Notes under the pieces: generated by a model
Databases searched by the model: none
The model's input: the letters and a program-made list of their open reading frames with translations, nothing else
What the model was told of the DNA's origin: nothing
Made by a program: the position numbers and the translations under genes
Shown: piece by piece, positions 9,737 to 19,633 of the stretch
How positions within the stretch are numbered: the stretch's first letter is position 1
Layout: every line of letters starts with the position of its first letter
Source of the DNA: Gemmatimonas sp.
GTDB taxonomy: Bacteria > Gemmatimonadota > Gemmatimonadetes > Gemmatimonadales > Gemmatimonadaceae
Direction of reading: 5' to 3'
DNA length: 64,000 bases
Assembly (NCBI GenBank): GCA_965279375.1
Contig: OZ257156.1
Location: 416,001 to 480,000, forward strand

Positions 9737-10147
9737 GCTGTCATCACTCCGGCTGGGATCGAACATGTCTGGCCGTGAGCGGCCAGTCGTGTGAAGCACC
9801 GTTCAGACCGCCCGCACTGCCATGCGAATCGCCAACGTCCACGCCGGCCTGCACGTCCGAAGCGTTCGCCGCGTCCGTGCGACGTTCCTCATCGTGCTCG
9901 AGCTCGACGTTTCATGTTCACGAATCCGAGCATCGGCCTGATGCAGCAGCTTGTGCCGCAGTTGTGGATAGGAAGCGCAATCGAGAACGGTTGAGTATAC
10001 GCCGTGGTCACTGGCCTCGTGAGCGGCGGCGCGTCAGGGTGCGCCGAGCGCGGAAGTACGCGAGGAACTGGTCGATCACCGCCGCGTGCGGGACCTGGCC
10101 TGTGTGACAATGCCTACGCCTCCGCAGTCAACGGCATCGCACTCCAC

Positions 10148-12898
10148 CTACGGTACCAGCGGCGTCCCGCGACTCGGCGTCGGCATGTTGTGCGGACGGT
10201 GCAGCGGCTCGCCCGTGGCCACGAGACGCGCGAACGCCGGGCCATTGAGCGGCTTGGACATGAGATAGCCCTGCCCCATCGTACAGCCAAGTGACTGCAG
10301 TTCGGCGAGTTGCGCCTCACCCTCAATGCCTTCGGCAACCGTGGCCAGTCCGAGCGTTTCGCCGAGCGAGAGAATCGCGCGCGTGAGGGCGTCATCGCTG
10401 GCGGAGCCGCCGAGCTGCTTGATGAAGCTGCGGTCGATCTTGAGCACGTCAATCGGGAAGCGCTGCAGATACGACAGCGACGAGTAGCCCGTGCCGAAAT
10501 CGTCCAGCGCCAGCGTGACGCCGAGCTCCTTGAGCGCCTTCATTGCCGCGATGACGGTGTCGGCGTTGTGCATCATCACCGACTCGGTCATCTCGATCGT
10601 GAGCTGCGACGGATCGAAGCCGGTCTGTTCGAGCGCTTCGCGCACGTCGTCCACCACGTTCGGTTCCTGCAGGTGGCGTCCGGAGATGTTGACGGCCACG
10701 TGCAGCGTCGGCTCATCGTAGCCTGGCGTGCGCCACGACTTGGCGTCTCGGCAGGCGGTGCGCAGCACGCGACGAGTGATCTCGCTGATGAGCCCCGCTT
10801 CTTCCGCGATCGGTACGAAGACGACGGGCGAGATGAGTCCTCGTACCGGGTGATGCCAGCGGAGCAGCGCTTCGGCGCCAAGGATCTCGCCCGACTGCAA
10901 GTCCACCAGCGGCTGATAGTGCACCTGCAGTTCGTCGGTGCCGATGGCACGCCGCAGATCCGTCTCCAGCTCTGCGCGATCGGCAACTTTCTCGCGCATC
11001 GCTGTTTCGAAGCGCACGACGCGACCCCGCCCTTCGGCCTTGGCCACGTACATCGCGGCGTCGGCGTCGCGCACCAGTTCTTCTAGCGTGACACCGGGAA
11101 GCGCCTCGGACAGGCCAATGCTCGCGCCCACGAACACATCGCGCCCTTCGATGCTGAAAGGACGGGTAAGCTGCGACAACAAGCGATCGGCCGTCGCCAT
11201 GCACGAGGACACGTCGGAATCCTCGAGCAAGACGGCAAACTCGTCGCCACCCAGTCGTGCCACGGTGTCCGCCGCGCGCACCTCGACCTCGATGCGTCGC
11301 GCTGCCTGACGCAGCAACTCGTCGCCCGCCGCGTGGCCCAACGTGTCGTTGATGGCCTTGAAGTGATCGAGGTCGATGAAGATGACGCCGATCTCCACCT
11401 GCACGCGCTCGCGTCGCGCGAGGGCGTGCGTGACACGGTCGGAGAAGAGCACGCGATTGGCGAGGCCCGTGAGAGGATCGTGGAACGCCTGCCAGGCGAT
11501 CTTCCCTTCCAGCTCGCGCCGCTCGGTCACATCGCGTGCATTGAGCACGAGCCCTTCGATGGTCTCGCGTTCGAGCCGGTTGGTGCCGACCACCTCGAGC
11601 CAGCGCCACTCGCCTCCGTGCGTCGCCTGCGGCGTGGCGGCCCGCAGCACGATGGTCTCTTGCGCCTTCGGATTGCCAGCCAGCTTGTCGAGCATGAGCC
11701 GCGCTGCATCCACGTCGTTCGGGTGCACCAGTGTGACGATGTCACGTCCCAGCAGATCCGAGGCCGCGAACCCGGTGAGATGCTCCACCGAAGGACTCAC
11801 GTAACGCGTGGTGCCATCGACGTCCACGATGAAGATCAGATCGGACGCATGCTTCACGAGCGCCGCGAGGCGATTCTCCGCGATACGACTCTCAGCCAGA
11901 CGATCGAGGCGTCCGTTCTCGCCGATCACCACGGCCTGACGCACCAGCACGATGCCAAGGAGCAGCAGGAGCCCAACGACGACGCCACGCACAGGCACGA
12001 GGTCGCCCATCTGCACCAGCACGAGCATGAGGGCGCCGACAATGCCAACGCTGACGTACGGCAGCCATCCCGTACGACGCGCCGCGCGGAGCTGCACGTC
12101 TTCGTCGGGCGTGAGCGCACCGGCCCGCATGGCAGCGAAGGTGACGAGTCCGTACCAGCCGAACCACGCGACGTCGGTGATGACCGAGACGACCATCGAA
12201 TCGCCGATGACGGTGCGCGCGTAGATCAGGTCGGCGAACGTCTTGAGCGCGAACGCGAAGAAGAGCAGGCTGATCGCGTTGATCTGCTCGCGCTTGGTCT
12301 GCCGCGAGAGCAGCACGAGGCTTGCGCTCAACAGCATGACATCGGCCAAGGGATAGCCGAGGTTGACCGCAGCGGTGAGCAGAGGCAGGAGGCCGGGTTG
12401 CGCCGGGTCTACTGGCCAGAGCCAGTACATGACCGTGCCGGCGGTCACCGCCGCGATGACGGCATCCAGTTGGACACGCACGCGTTCGGCGCGCGTGGGG
12501 CCAAGTCCGGGGAAGGAACCGAGGCTCCAGAGCGCCAGCGGGAAGAACGACGTGTACAGCAGATCGGCGACGCTGAGCGGCGGGCGACTGCCGTTGACGA
12601 TCGCCATCATCGACCAGAGCGCGTCGGCCGACCAGTAGGTGCCAATGGTGATCAGGAGACGTCGCCACGCCTTCCGACTGTGCGGGTCCACCGATTCGGA
12701 GCGCGACGCGCGATGGAGCGCGATCAACGTCGGCGCCCCGATCACGAGGTAGGTCAGATTGACAATCAGCTCGCGCGACGCGGGCCCCGGGATACCGAGG
12801 AGCCCACTGATTGCCAGCACAAGCGCCGCCGCGCATTGAAGCAGGGCGAACGTCGGGGCAATTCGGGGGGCGCGCGTGGGCAACAGGCCGTTCTCCAA
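10148..12898 (-). CDS. Membrane-bound PAS-GGDEF-EAL diguanylate cyclase/phosphodiesterase
   Basis: Multi-TM N-terminus, PAS (YVSPS..HP.D), HDPLTGLANR, RLGGDEF, EALLRW, LDDFGTGYSSLSYL and AEGIE motifs all intact. Confidence 0.96.
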   Translation of the reverse strand: MENGLLPTRAPRIAPTFALLQCAAALVLAISGLLGIPGPASRELIVNLTYLVIGAPTLIALHRASRSESVDPHSRKAWRRLLITIGTYWSADALWSMMAIVNGSRPPLSVADLLYTSFFPLALWSLGSFPGLGPTRAERVRVQLDAVIAAVTAGTVMYWLWPVDPAQPGLLPLLTAAVNLGYPLADVMLLSASLVLLSRQTKREQINAISLLFFAFALKTFADLIYARTVIGDSMVVSVITDVAWFGWYGLVTFAAMRAGALTPDEDVQLRAARRTGWLPYVSVGIVGALMLVLVQMGDLVPVRGVVVGLLLLLGIVLVRQAVVIGENGRLDRLAESRIAENRLAALVKHASDLIFIVDVDGTTRYVSPSVEHLTGFAASDLLGRDIVTLVHPNDVDAARLMLDKLAGNPKAQETIVLRAATPQATHGGEWRWLEVVGTNRLERETIEGLVLNARDVTERRELEGKIAWQAFHDPLTGLANRVLFSDRVTHALARRERVQVEIGVIFIDLDHFKAINDTLGHAAGDELLRQAARRIEVEVRAADTVARLGGDEFAVLLEDSDVSSCMATADRLLSQLTRPFSIEGRDVFVGASIGLSEALPGVTLEELVRDADAAMYVAKAEGRGRVVRFETAMREKVADRAELETDLRRAIGTDELQVHYQPLVDLQSGEILGAEALLRWHHPVRGLISPVVFVPIAEEAGLISEITRRVLRTACRDAKSWRTPGYDEPTLHVAVNISGRHLQEPNVVDDVREALEQTGFDPSQLTIEMTESVMMHNADTVIAAMKALKELGVTLALDDFGTGYSSLSYLQRFPIDVLKIDRSFIKQLGGSASDDALTRAILSLGETLGLATVAEGIEGEAQLAELQSLGCTMGQGYLMSKPLNGPAFARLVATGEPLHRPHNMPTPSRGTPLVP

Positions 12899-12929
12899 CC
12901 GGTGAAGACTGCACGAAATCTCCGATTGA

Positions 12930-12956
12930 GTTTCGGCTCCGGCGGGGGCGACTTGA
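12930..12956 (-). promoter_or_regulatory. Candidate sigma-28 (FliA-type) promoter
   Basis: Minus strand TCAAG-N14-GCCGAAAC, about 30 nt upstream of the GGDEF-EAL gene. Confidence 0.55.
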
Positions 12957-13082
12957 TTGTTACAGGCAGGGCAAAGTCGTTTCGCTGCTGGCAGTTAGCA
13001 GCGCCAACGTGAACCCGTGTACACTTGCGCGCAGGCGCGTCCGCTCGCCCGTGGTGCGCGGGTCACGCCTACGGCACGATCG

Positions 13083-15224
13083 TCACGCCCTGAGCACACT
13101 CGCGATCGTTTCGGCGATCTCCGCGACGTCAGGAAGCACGGCGCTCAGCAACTCCGGGTGATACGGCATCGGCACATCGCGCGGCGCCAACCGCTCCACG
13201 GGCGCGTCGAGATGCCAGAACGCGTCCTTCGCCACGGCCGCGGCGATCTCGGCGCCAAAGCCTGCCGTGAGATTGTCTTCGTGCACGATGAGGCAGCGTC
13301 CCGTCTTGCGCACCGATGCCAGCACCGCGTCGCGATCCCACGGCGAGATGGTCCGCAGATCGATCAACTCCACCTGCTCACCAAAATCGGCCAGTGCGGC
13401 GGTGCAGCGATGCACCATCGCGCCCCAGGTGACCAGCGTGACATCGCTTCCCTCTCGCACGATGCGCGCACGCCCGAAGGGCAGCACGTAGTCGTCACCC
13501 GGATAGCGCGCGCTGCCATCGCCCGTCATCAACAGCGAGCGATGCTCGAAGAACACCGTCGGGTTGGCACCACGCATCGCGGCGCGCAGCAGTCCCACCG
13601 CATCAGCGGCGTTGGACGGCATCGCCACCTGCCAGCCATATGCGTGCGCAAACCGCACTTCGTCCGAGAGACTGTGCCACGGATCGCCCACGTCCTTGCC
13701 GAAGCCACCGGGCATGCGCACCACGATGGGAGCGGCAAAGCGATTGGCAGTGCGCCAGCGCAGCGTGCCGCAGTTGTTGAGCTGCTCCGCGGCAGGGTCG
13801 GCGTACTTCCTGAACTGAATTTCGGCGACGGGCATCATTCCGCTGATGGCCATCGCCACCGCACGACCGATGATGCCTTCCTCGGAGAGGCTTGTGTCGA
13901 AGACGCGCTGCGCGCCGAACTGCTTCTGCAGCCCTTCGCTGACGAGATGCACGCCGCCCTTCTTGCCCACGTCTTCACCAAAGACGACGACCTTGGGATT
14001 GACGCTCAGCTCGTGACGCAGCGTGCGGCGAATCGCTTCGGCGAAGCGCAGCAGCTCACCGTCTTCGTTGGCCACATCCGTGCCACCGAGCGCGCTCCGT
14101 TCGGCGCGTGTCAGTCCGCCAAAGGCCTCGGACACGTCTGCTGCATCGTCGACCATGACGTGCTGCGCGATGCGCGATGGATCAGGCGTCGCGCGTGAAC
14201 GCGCGCCATCGAGCGCGACGGCGATATCGCGCGCGACATTCGCTTCGATCTCCGCCCACTCCGCGATCGAGAGGAGCGATGGCACGAGATACTCACGCAA
14301 TCGCGGCAGCGGATCACGCGCAGCGTCTGCATCGATCTCGGCCGGCGTGCGATAGCCCTTCTGATTGTCCGGACCGGAGTGGCTGGACAGTCGCGGCACG
14401 GTGAGATGCACGAGCGCCGGGCCCTTCCCCTCGCGCACGTGCGCAACCGCTTCGCTGAGCAACCCGGACGCCTGATGCGGATCTGTCCCGTCGCCATCAC
14501 GCACGAGCAGATTCGTGAATGACGCGAGATTGCGCGCGATGTTGCCCCCCGGCGTCTGCATCTCGCCACGAACGGAAATGCCGAGGTCATTGTCTTCGAT
14601 GTAGAAGAGCATCGGCAAGTTGAGCGTCGTGGCCATCGTCAGCGCCGACCAGAAGCCGTTGGTTGCCACTGAGCCATCGCCACCGAGCGCGACGGCGATG
14701 CTGTTGCCATACGTCGCGTCCGAGAGTGCGTCACGATGATAGGTGATCGCCTGTGCCCACCCGGCAGCTGGCGTGTACTGCGAGCCGACATCGCCGGCCA
14801 TCGGCAGCACGATGGGGCCGTTGCGATTAGGGAAGTTGCACACCACGCCGATGTCGCGACCGTCACTGAATCCACCGGCGCGACCGAGCGGACTCCCAAA
14901 GGCATCTTCGAGCGTCAGGCCGAGCGCGAGCAGCAGCGGACGCGAGCGATAGTACGCACCCACGCCATCGTGTCGCCCGTTGAGCAGCGAGCCCAGAATG
15001 ATCTGTGCCGTTTCGTGACCGCGCGCGGAGAACTGATAGAGCACCTGATGCTCGCGCGGCACCGAGCCGCGATTGCGATTGGTGCCTTCTTCCGTTTCGT
15101 CGAGCGCACGCGACGCGAGCACCTGGTACGCGATACGGCGCCAGTCGAAGCCAGTGCGGGGCGAAGCGGCGGGGAGAGCGGAAGCGTCAGCGGTCACTGC
15201 GGAGGGAACGACGGTGGATGCCAT
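13083..15224 (-). CDS. Fused E1 alpha/beta 2-oxoacid dehydrogenase (TPP-dependent, BCKDH-like)
   Basis: GDG..N TPP motif (GGDGSVATN...EDN); beta-subunit motifs VFGEDVG..GGV, RVFDTSLSE.GI, AEIQF, ELIDLRTI.PWD. Start 15224 (alternative GTG 15272). Confidence 0.92.
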   Translation of the reverse strand: MASTVVPSAVTADASALPAASPRTGFDWRRIAYQVLASRALDETEEGTNRNRGSVPREHQVLYQFSARGHETAQIILGSLLNGRHDGVGAYYRSRPLLLALGLTLEDAFGSPLGRAGGFSDGRDIGVVCNFPNRNGPIVLPMAGDVGSQYTPAAGWAQAITYHRDALSDATYGNSIAVALGGDGSVATNGFWSALTMATTLNLPMLFYIEDNDLGISVRGEMQTPGGNIARNLASFTNLLVRDGDGTDPHQASGLLSEAVAHVREGKGPALVHLTVPRLSSHSGPDNQKGYRTPAEIDADAARDPLPRLREYLVPSLLSIAEWAEIEANVARDIAVALDGARSRATPDPSRIAQHVMVDDAADVSEAFGGLTRAERSALGGTDVANEDGELLRFAEAIRRTLRHELSVNPKVVVFGEDVGKKGGVHLVSEGLQKQFGAQRVFDTSLSEEGIIGRAVAMAISGMMPVAEIQFRKYADPAAEQLNNCGTLRWRTANRFAAPIVVRMPGGFGKDVGDPWHSLSDEVRFAHAYGWQVAMPSNAADAVGLLRAAMRGANPTVFFEHRSLLMTGDGSARYPGDDYVLPFGRARIVREGSDVTLVTWGAMVHRCTAALADFGEQVELIDLRTISPWDRDAVLASVRKTGRCLIVHEDNLTAGFGAEIAAAVAKDAFWHLDAPVERLAPRDVPMPYHPELLSAVLPDVAEIAETIASVLRA

Positions 15225-15314
15225 GTCGGAAAGCTGTGCGAACGGCTGCGTCAGCGGGAGAGTGTGTGGCACTTACGGGGCGCGGCGCGACGCCGATGGG
15301 AGTATCTTGGGCAC

Positions 15315-16106
15315 ATGTCCTACCACTTCATAGCTGTAGACGTCAGTGAGGGTGTCCTGACGTTGACGCTCAACCGACCGGACGTGCTGAACAGCTTCAC
15401 TCGGGCCATGGCGCTGGAGGTTCAGCAAGCGCTACAGCAGGCCGCCGACGACGCGTCGATCCGCGCGGTACTGCTGACAGGAGCCGGGCGAGGATTTTGC
15501 GCGGGACAGGATCTGGCTGAGGCGCTTCCCTCCGGGGACGGACCGATGCCGAACATCGGTGAATTTGTGCGCACGAACTACAACCCGATCATTCGCGCCA
15601 TCCGTGCGTTGGAGAAGCCGGTGATCTGCGCGGTGAACGGTGTCGCCGCCGGTGCTGGCGCGAACCTCGCCTTCGCCTGTGATCTGACGATCGCCGCCGA
15701 AGAAGCGTCATTCGTCGAGAGCTTTGCCAAGCTTGGCCTGATCCCCGACACCAGCGGAACGTTCTTCGTGCCGCGCCTGGTGGGCATGCAGCGCGCGACC
15801 GGGATGTTCTTCCTCGCCGAGAAGATGTCGGCCACGAAGGCGAAGGAGTGGGGGCTGATCTGGGATGTGGTGCCGCTAGCGGCACTCGCCGAAACCACGC
15901 GCGATCTGGCGCGCGCGCTCGCCACACAGGCGACCCGCGGCTTCGGTCTGACCAAGCGCGCGCTCAACGCGTCGTTCACCAATTCGCTCGATGAGCAGCT
16001 CGAGGTGGAAGCCGTCGCGATGGACGAGGCGGGGCGCACCGCCGACTACGAGGAAGGCGTGCGGGCGTTTCTCGCGAAGCGGAAGCCGGTGTATCGCGGC
16101 GCATGA
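15315..16106 (+). CDS. paaG: Ring-1,2-epoxyphenylacetyl-CoA isomerase (enoyl-CoA hydratase family)
   Basis: LNRPDVLNSF, GRGFCAGQDL, NYNPIIR, GVAAGAGANLA, GLIPD motifs; paa context. Confidence 0.88.
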   Translation: MSYHFIAVDVSEGVLTLTLNRPDVLNSFTRAMALEVQQALQQAADDASIRAVLLTGAGRGFCAGQDLAEALPSGDGPMPNIGEFVRTNYNPIIRAIRALEKPVICAVNGVAAGAGANLAFACDLTIAAEEASFVESFAKLGLIPDTSGTFFVPRLVGMQRATGMFFLAEKMSATKAKEWGLIWDVVPLAALAETTRDLARALATQATRGFGLTKRALNASFTNSLDEQLEVEAVAMDEAGRTADYEEGVRAFLAKRKPVYRGA

Positions 16107-17299
16107 CGGACGCGATTTCGATGACTCGAACGACGGTGGGCGTGGTCGGTGCCGGCGCGATGGGTGCCGGCATCGCGCAGGTGGCCGCGCTGCATGGACA
16201 CCGCGTGTTGCTGGCGGACGCGCAGCTCACCGCCATCACCCGCGCGCGCGACGTGCACGCCAAGGCGCTTGCGCGCGACGTCGAGAAGGGGAAGCGAAGC
16301 CGAGTCGACGCCGACGCCGTGCTCGACCGGATCAGCTACATCGGCGGTGTGGACGTGGACGACCTTGCGCCGTTCGACGCGTGCGACGTCGTGATCGAAG
16401 CGATCGTCGAGGAGCTGTCCGCCAAGCGCGGGCTCTTCCAGACGCTCGAACGCGTGGTGCGCGACGACACCATCCTCGCGACCAACACCTCGTCGCTGTC
16501 CATCGCGGCCATCGGTGGCGCATGCAAGCACGACGAGCGCGTGGTGGGGATTCACTTCTTCAATCCGGCGCCTGTGATGCCGCTGGTTGAAATCATCCCG
16601 TCCATCACGACCGCTTCCGAGATCACGCTGTCGGCGCGTGCGTTGGTGGATACGTGGGGCAAGACAACCGTCGTCGCGAGCGACACGCCGGGCTTCATCG
16701 TCAATCGCGTGGCGCGGCCGTTCTACGGCGAGGCGATGCAACTCGCCAGCGAAGGCGTGGCCGACATCGCCACCATCGACTGGGCGATGCGTGAGATCGG
16801 TGGCTTTCGCATGGGCCCGTTCGAGCTCACGGACTTCATCGGCCATGATGTGAACTTCGCGGTCACGCGCTCCGTGTTCGACGCCACGTTCCACGACCCG
16901 CGCTATCGTCCGTCCATCTCTCAACAGCGTCTCGTGGAAGCGGGGCTCTTGGGACGCAAGTCGGGACGCGGCTACTACGACTACCGCGAGGGCGCGACCA
17001 AACCCGAGCCGACGCGCGACGAAACACTCGGCCGTCAGATCGTGGATCGCATCCTTGCACTGTTGATCAACGAAGCGGTGGAAGCGGTCCATCTGCGTAT
17101 CGCGTCGGCCGCAGACGTGGAGCTCGCGATGACCACGGGCGTCAACTACCCGAAAGGGCTGTTGGCGTGGGGTGACGAGATCGGCGCGAGCACGGTGCTG
17201 GCGCGACTCGATGCGCTGCACGCCGAGTATGGCGACGATCGGTATCGCGCGAGTGTGCGGCTGCGGCGGATCGTGCGCGATGGCGGGCGGTTGCTGTGA
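16103..17299 (+). CDS. paaH: 3-hydroxyacyl(adipyl)-CoA dehydrogenase
   Basis: GAGAMGAGIA, EAIVE, TNTSSLSI, HFFNPAP, PGFIVNR motifs; paa context. Confidence 0.88.
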   Translation: MTDAISMTRTTVGVVGAGAMGAGIAQVAALHGHRVLLADAQLTAITRARDVHAKALARDVEKGKRSRVDADAVLDRISYIGGVDVDDLAPFDACDVVIEAIVEELSAKRGLFQTLERVVRDDTILATNTSSLSIAAIGGACKHDERVVGIHFFNPAPVMPLVEIIPSITTASEITLSARALVDTWGKTTVVASDTPGFIVNRVARPFYGEAMQLASEGVADIATIDWAMREIGGFRMGPFELTDFIGHDVNFAVTRSVFDATFHDPRYRPSISQQRLVEAGLLGRKSGRGYYDYREGATKPEPTRDETLGRQIVDRILALLINEAVEAVHLRIASAADVELAMTTGVNYPKGLLAWGDEIGASTVLARLDALHAEYGDDRYRASVRLRRIVRDGGRLL

Positions 17300-17733
17300 G
17301 TGATGATACGACGCGCGCGCGGGCGGTTGTCGATTCGCTCGTTGTCACCGACGCGTTCTCGCGTTGGCTGGGCATATCGGTGCTCGAAGCCGATGTGGGC
17401 CATGCGGTGTGCCGCATGACCGTGCGCGGCGAGATGGTCAACGGCTTCGGCACCTCACACGGCGGCATCGTCTTTTCGTTGGCGGATAGCGCCTTCGCGT
17501 TTGCCACCAATGCCGGCGGCTTTCTCAGTGTCGCCGTTGACTGCTCCGTCAGTTTTCCGGTCGCGGTGCGCCCCGGAGATGTGCTGACTGCCACCGCGGT
17601 CGAAGAGAGCACCACCAACCGACTCGCCTTCTGCGCCGTGACCGTCCGCAATCAGCAGGATGCCATTGTCGCGCACTTTCGTGGCACGGTGTATCGCACC
17701 ACCCGCCCGCATCAACTTCCCACGCCCGACTGA
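17296..17733 (+). CDS. paaI: Phenylacetyl-CoA thioesterase (hotdog fold)
   Basis: DAFSRWLG, NGFGTSHGGIVFSLADSAFAFATN, FRGTVYR motifs. Confidence 0.9.
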   Translation: MSDDTTRARAVVDSLVVTDAFSRWLGISVLEADVGHAVCRMTVRGEMVNGFGTSHGGIVFSLADSAFAFATNAGGFLSVAVDCSVSFPVAVRPGDVLTATAVEESTTNRLAFCAVTVRNQQDAIVAHFRGTVYRTTRPHQLPTPD

Positions 17734-17742
17734 GCGCGCTGC

Positions 17743-18978
17743 ATGTCCGACGACATCTCGCATAACCTCGCCCACGCGTACATCGTCGACGGTGTGCGCA
17801 CGCCCATTGGCAACATCGGCGGCACGCTGAGCCCAGTCCGCGCGGACGATCTCGGCGCGCACGCCATTCGCACGCTGCTCGCGCGACATGCCGGCATCGA
17901 TACGTCGCGCATCGCCGATGTCATCATGGGATGCGCCAATCAGGCCGGTGAAGACAATCGCAACGTGGCGCGCATGTCGGCGCTGTTGGCCGGGCTACCG
18001 GTCTCGGTGCCGGGCGAAACGGTGAATCGGCTGTGCGCCTCCGGCCTGAGTGCCGTCGCGAGTGCGGCGCGCGCCATCAAGGTGGGCGAGGGCGACCTGT
18101 ACGTCGCCGGCGGCGTGGAGAGCATGACCCGCGCACCGTTCGTCATGTCCAAGGGGACGAGCGCATTCGCGCGCGATGTGCAGCTCTTCGACACGAGTTT
18201 GGGCTGGCGCTTCGTTAACCCCAAAATGCAGGCGCTCCACGGCACCGACTCCATGGGAGAGACGGCCGAGAATGTCGCCGCGCAGTTCGGCATCTCGCGA
18301 GCGGATCAGGATGCGTTCGCGGTGCGCTCGCAACAGAAGGCCACCGCTGCGCGCGAGGCCGGAGTCTTTGCCGACGAGATCGTGCCGGTGGAGATCCCGC
18401 AGCGAAAGGGTGATCCCGTTCATGTGTCGCAGGACGAGTTCATTCGCCCTGAGACGACGATGGAGATTCTGGGCAAGCTGCGCCCCGCGTTTCGCACCGA
18501 TGGGCAGGGGAGCGTGACGGCGGGCAACGCGAGTGGCCTGAATGACGGCGCCGCCGCGCTCTTGCTCGCCTCTGCTCGCGCCGTCCAGGAGTTCTCGCTC
18601 ACACCGATCGCGCGCGTGGTGTCGAGTGCCGCGGCCGGCGTGGAACCGCGCATCATGGGGATGGGCCCGGTGCCGTCGAGCCGACGCGCGCTGGAGCTCG
18701 CCAGACTCACGCTCGACCAGATGGACGTAATCGAGCTCAACGAAGCGTTCGCGGCACAAGCGCTTGCGTGCCTGCGCGAGTTCGGCCTCGCCGACGACGA
18801 CCCGCGCGTGAACCCCAACGGAGGCGCCATCGCGCTCGGACACCCGCTCGGCATGAGCGGCGCACGGCTGGCACTTACGGCCGCACGTGAGCTGCAGCGC
18901 CGCGGCGGACGCTATGCGCTGTGCACGATGTGCATCGGTGTGGGTCAGGGATTCGCGATGATCATCGAACGGGTGTGA
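17743..18978 (+). CDS. paaJ: 3-oxoadipyl-CoA/3-oxo-5,6-dehydrosuberyl-CoA thiolase (PaaJ/PcaF)
   Basis: [43 protein letters not shown] motifs. Confidence 0.92.
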   Translation: MSDDISHNLAHAYIVDGVRTPIGNIGGTLSPVRADDLGAHAIRTLLARHAGIDTSRIADVIMGCANQAGEDNRNVARMSALLAGLPVSVPGETVNRLCASGLSAVASAARAIKVGEGDLYVAGGVESMTRAPFVMSKGTSAFARDVQLFDTSLGWRFVNPKMQALHGTDSMGETAENVAAQFGISRADQDAFAVRSQQKATAAREAGVFADEIVPVEIPQRKGDPVHVSQDEFIRPETTMEILGKLRPAFRTDGQGSVTAGNASGLNDGAAALLLASARAVQEFSLTPIARVVSSAAAGVEPRIMGMGPVPSSRRALELARLTLDQMDVIELNEAFAAQALACLREFGLADDDPRVNPNGGAIALGHPLGMSGARLALTAARELQRRGGRYALCTMCIGVGQGFAMIIERV

Positions 18979-18988
18979 GGCTCGACGC

Positions 18989-19633
18989 ATGATCTACGCC
19001 TTCGATGGATTCATTCCGGTGGTGCACGAGAGCGCATTCGTGCATCCGCAGGCCGCCGTCACGGGCAACGTGATCATCGGGCGCGATGTGTACATCGGCC
19101 CAGGTGCCGCTATTCGCGGCGACTGGGGCGGCATCGTGATCGAGGATGGATGCAACGTGCAGGAGAACTGCACGATTCACATGTTCCCCGGCGTGACCGT
19201 CGTGCTGGAAGCGGGCGCGCACATCGGGCACGGTGCGATCGTGCACGGCGCGCGCATCGGCGCCAACGCGCTCGTAGGCATGAATGCGGTCATCATGGAC
19301 AACGCGACGATCGGCGCGGGATGTGTGGTGGGCGCGCTCTGCTTCGTGCCCGCCGACATGCAGGTGCCACCGCGCAAGGTGGTGGTGGGCAATCCCGCCA
19401 AGATCGTGAAGGACGTGAGCGATGAGATGCTGGCGTGGAAAAGTGAAGGAACCGCGCTCTATCAGCGCCTCCCGGACGCGATGCGCGCATCGTACGCGCC
19501 CGTCGACCCGCTGCGCGAAGTACCCGCAGACCGACCAACGCAATGGGCGCTGCTCAAGACGTGGAACGACACGAAACCGACGACGACGTCAGCACCGAAT
19601 ACATCTCCAAATACATCGGAACCGACATCATGA
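18989..19633 (+). CDS. paaY: PaaY-like gamma-carbonic-anhydrase/hexapeptide-repeat protein
   Basis: IYAFDGFIPVVHESAFVHP, RGDWG, NVQENC..H, HIGHGAIVHG, WKSEGTALYQ motifs. Confidence 0.88.
   Translation: MIYAFDGFIPVVHESAFVHPQAAVTGNVIIGRDVYIGPGAAIRGDWGGIVIEDGCNVQENCTIHMFPGVTVVLEAGAHIGHGAIVHGARIGANALVGMNAVIMDNATIGAGCVVGALCFVPADMQVPPRKVVVGNPAKIVKDVSDEMLAWKSEGTALYQRLPDAMRASYAPVDPLREVPADRPTQWALLKTWNDTKPTTTSAPNTSPNTSEPTS

Noticed and set aside
9790..10140. Short ORFs in several frames
   Set aside because: None has a convincing start, RBS or motif; probably degraded or non-coding insert DNA.
9175..10399. Diversity-generating retroelement TR/VR pair
   Set aside because: Mismatches are at third codon positions and are not adenine-specific on either strand; no reverse transcriptase in the window.
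11333..13012. Long antisense/alternate-frame ORFs (this 559-aa one, 50700-52346, 24434-25729, 61443-62669 and others)
   Set aside because: Shadow ORFs expected in high-GC DNA; they overlap well-supported genes and lack motifs.
19595..19630. 12-bp imperfect repeats at the end of paaY as an operator
   Set aside because: Explained by the low-complexity PNTSPNTSEPTS tail; not palindromic like PaaX/PaaR sites.
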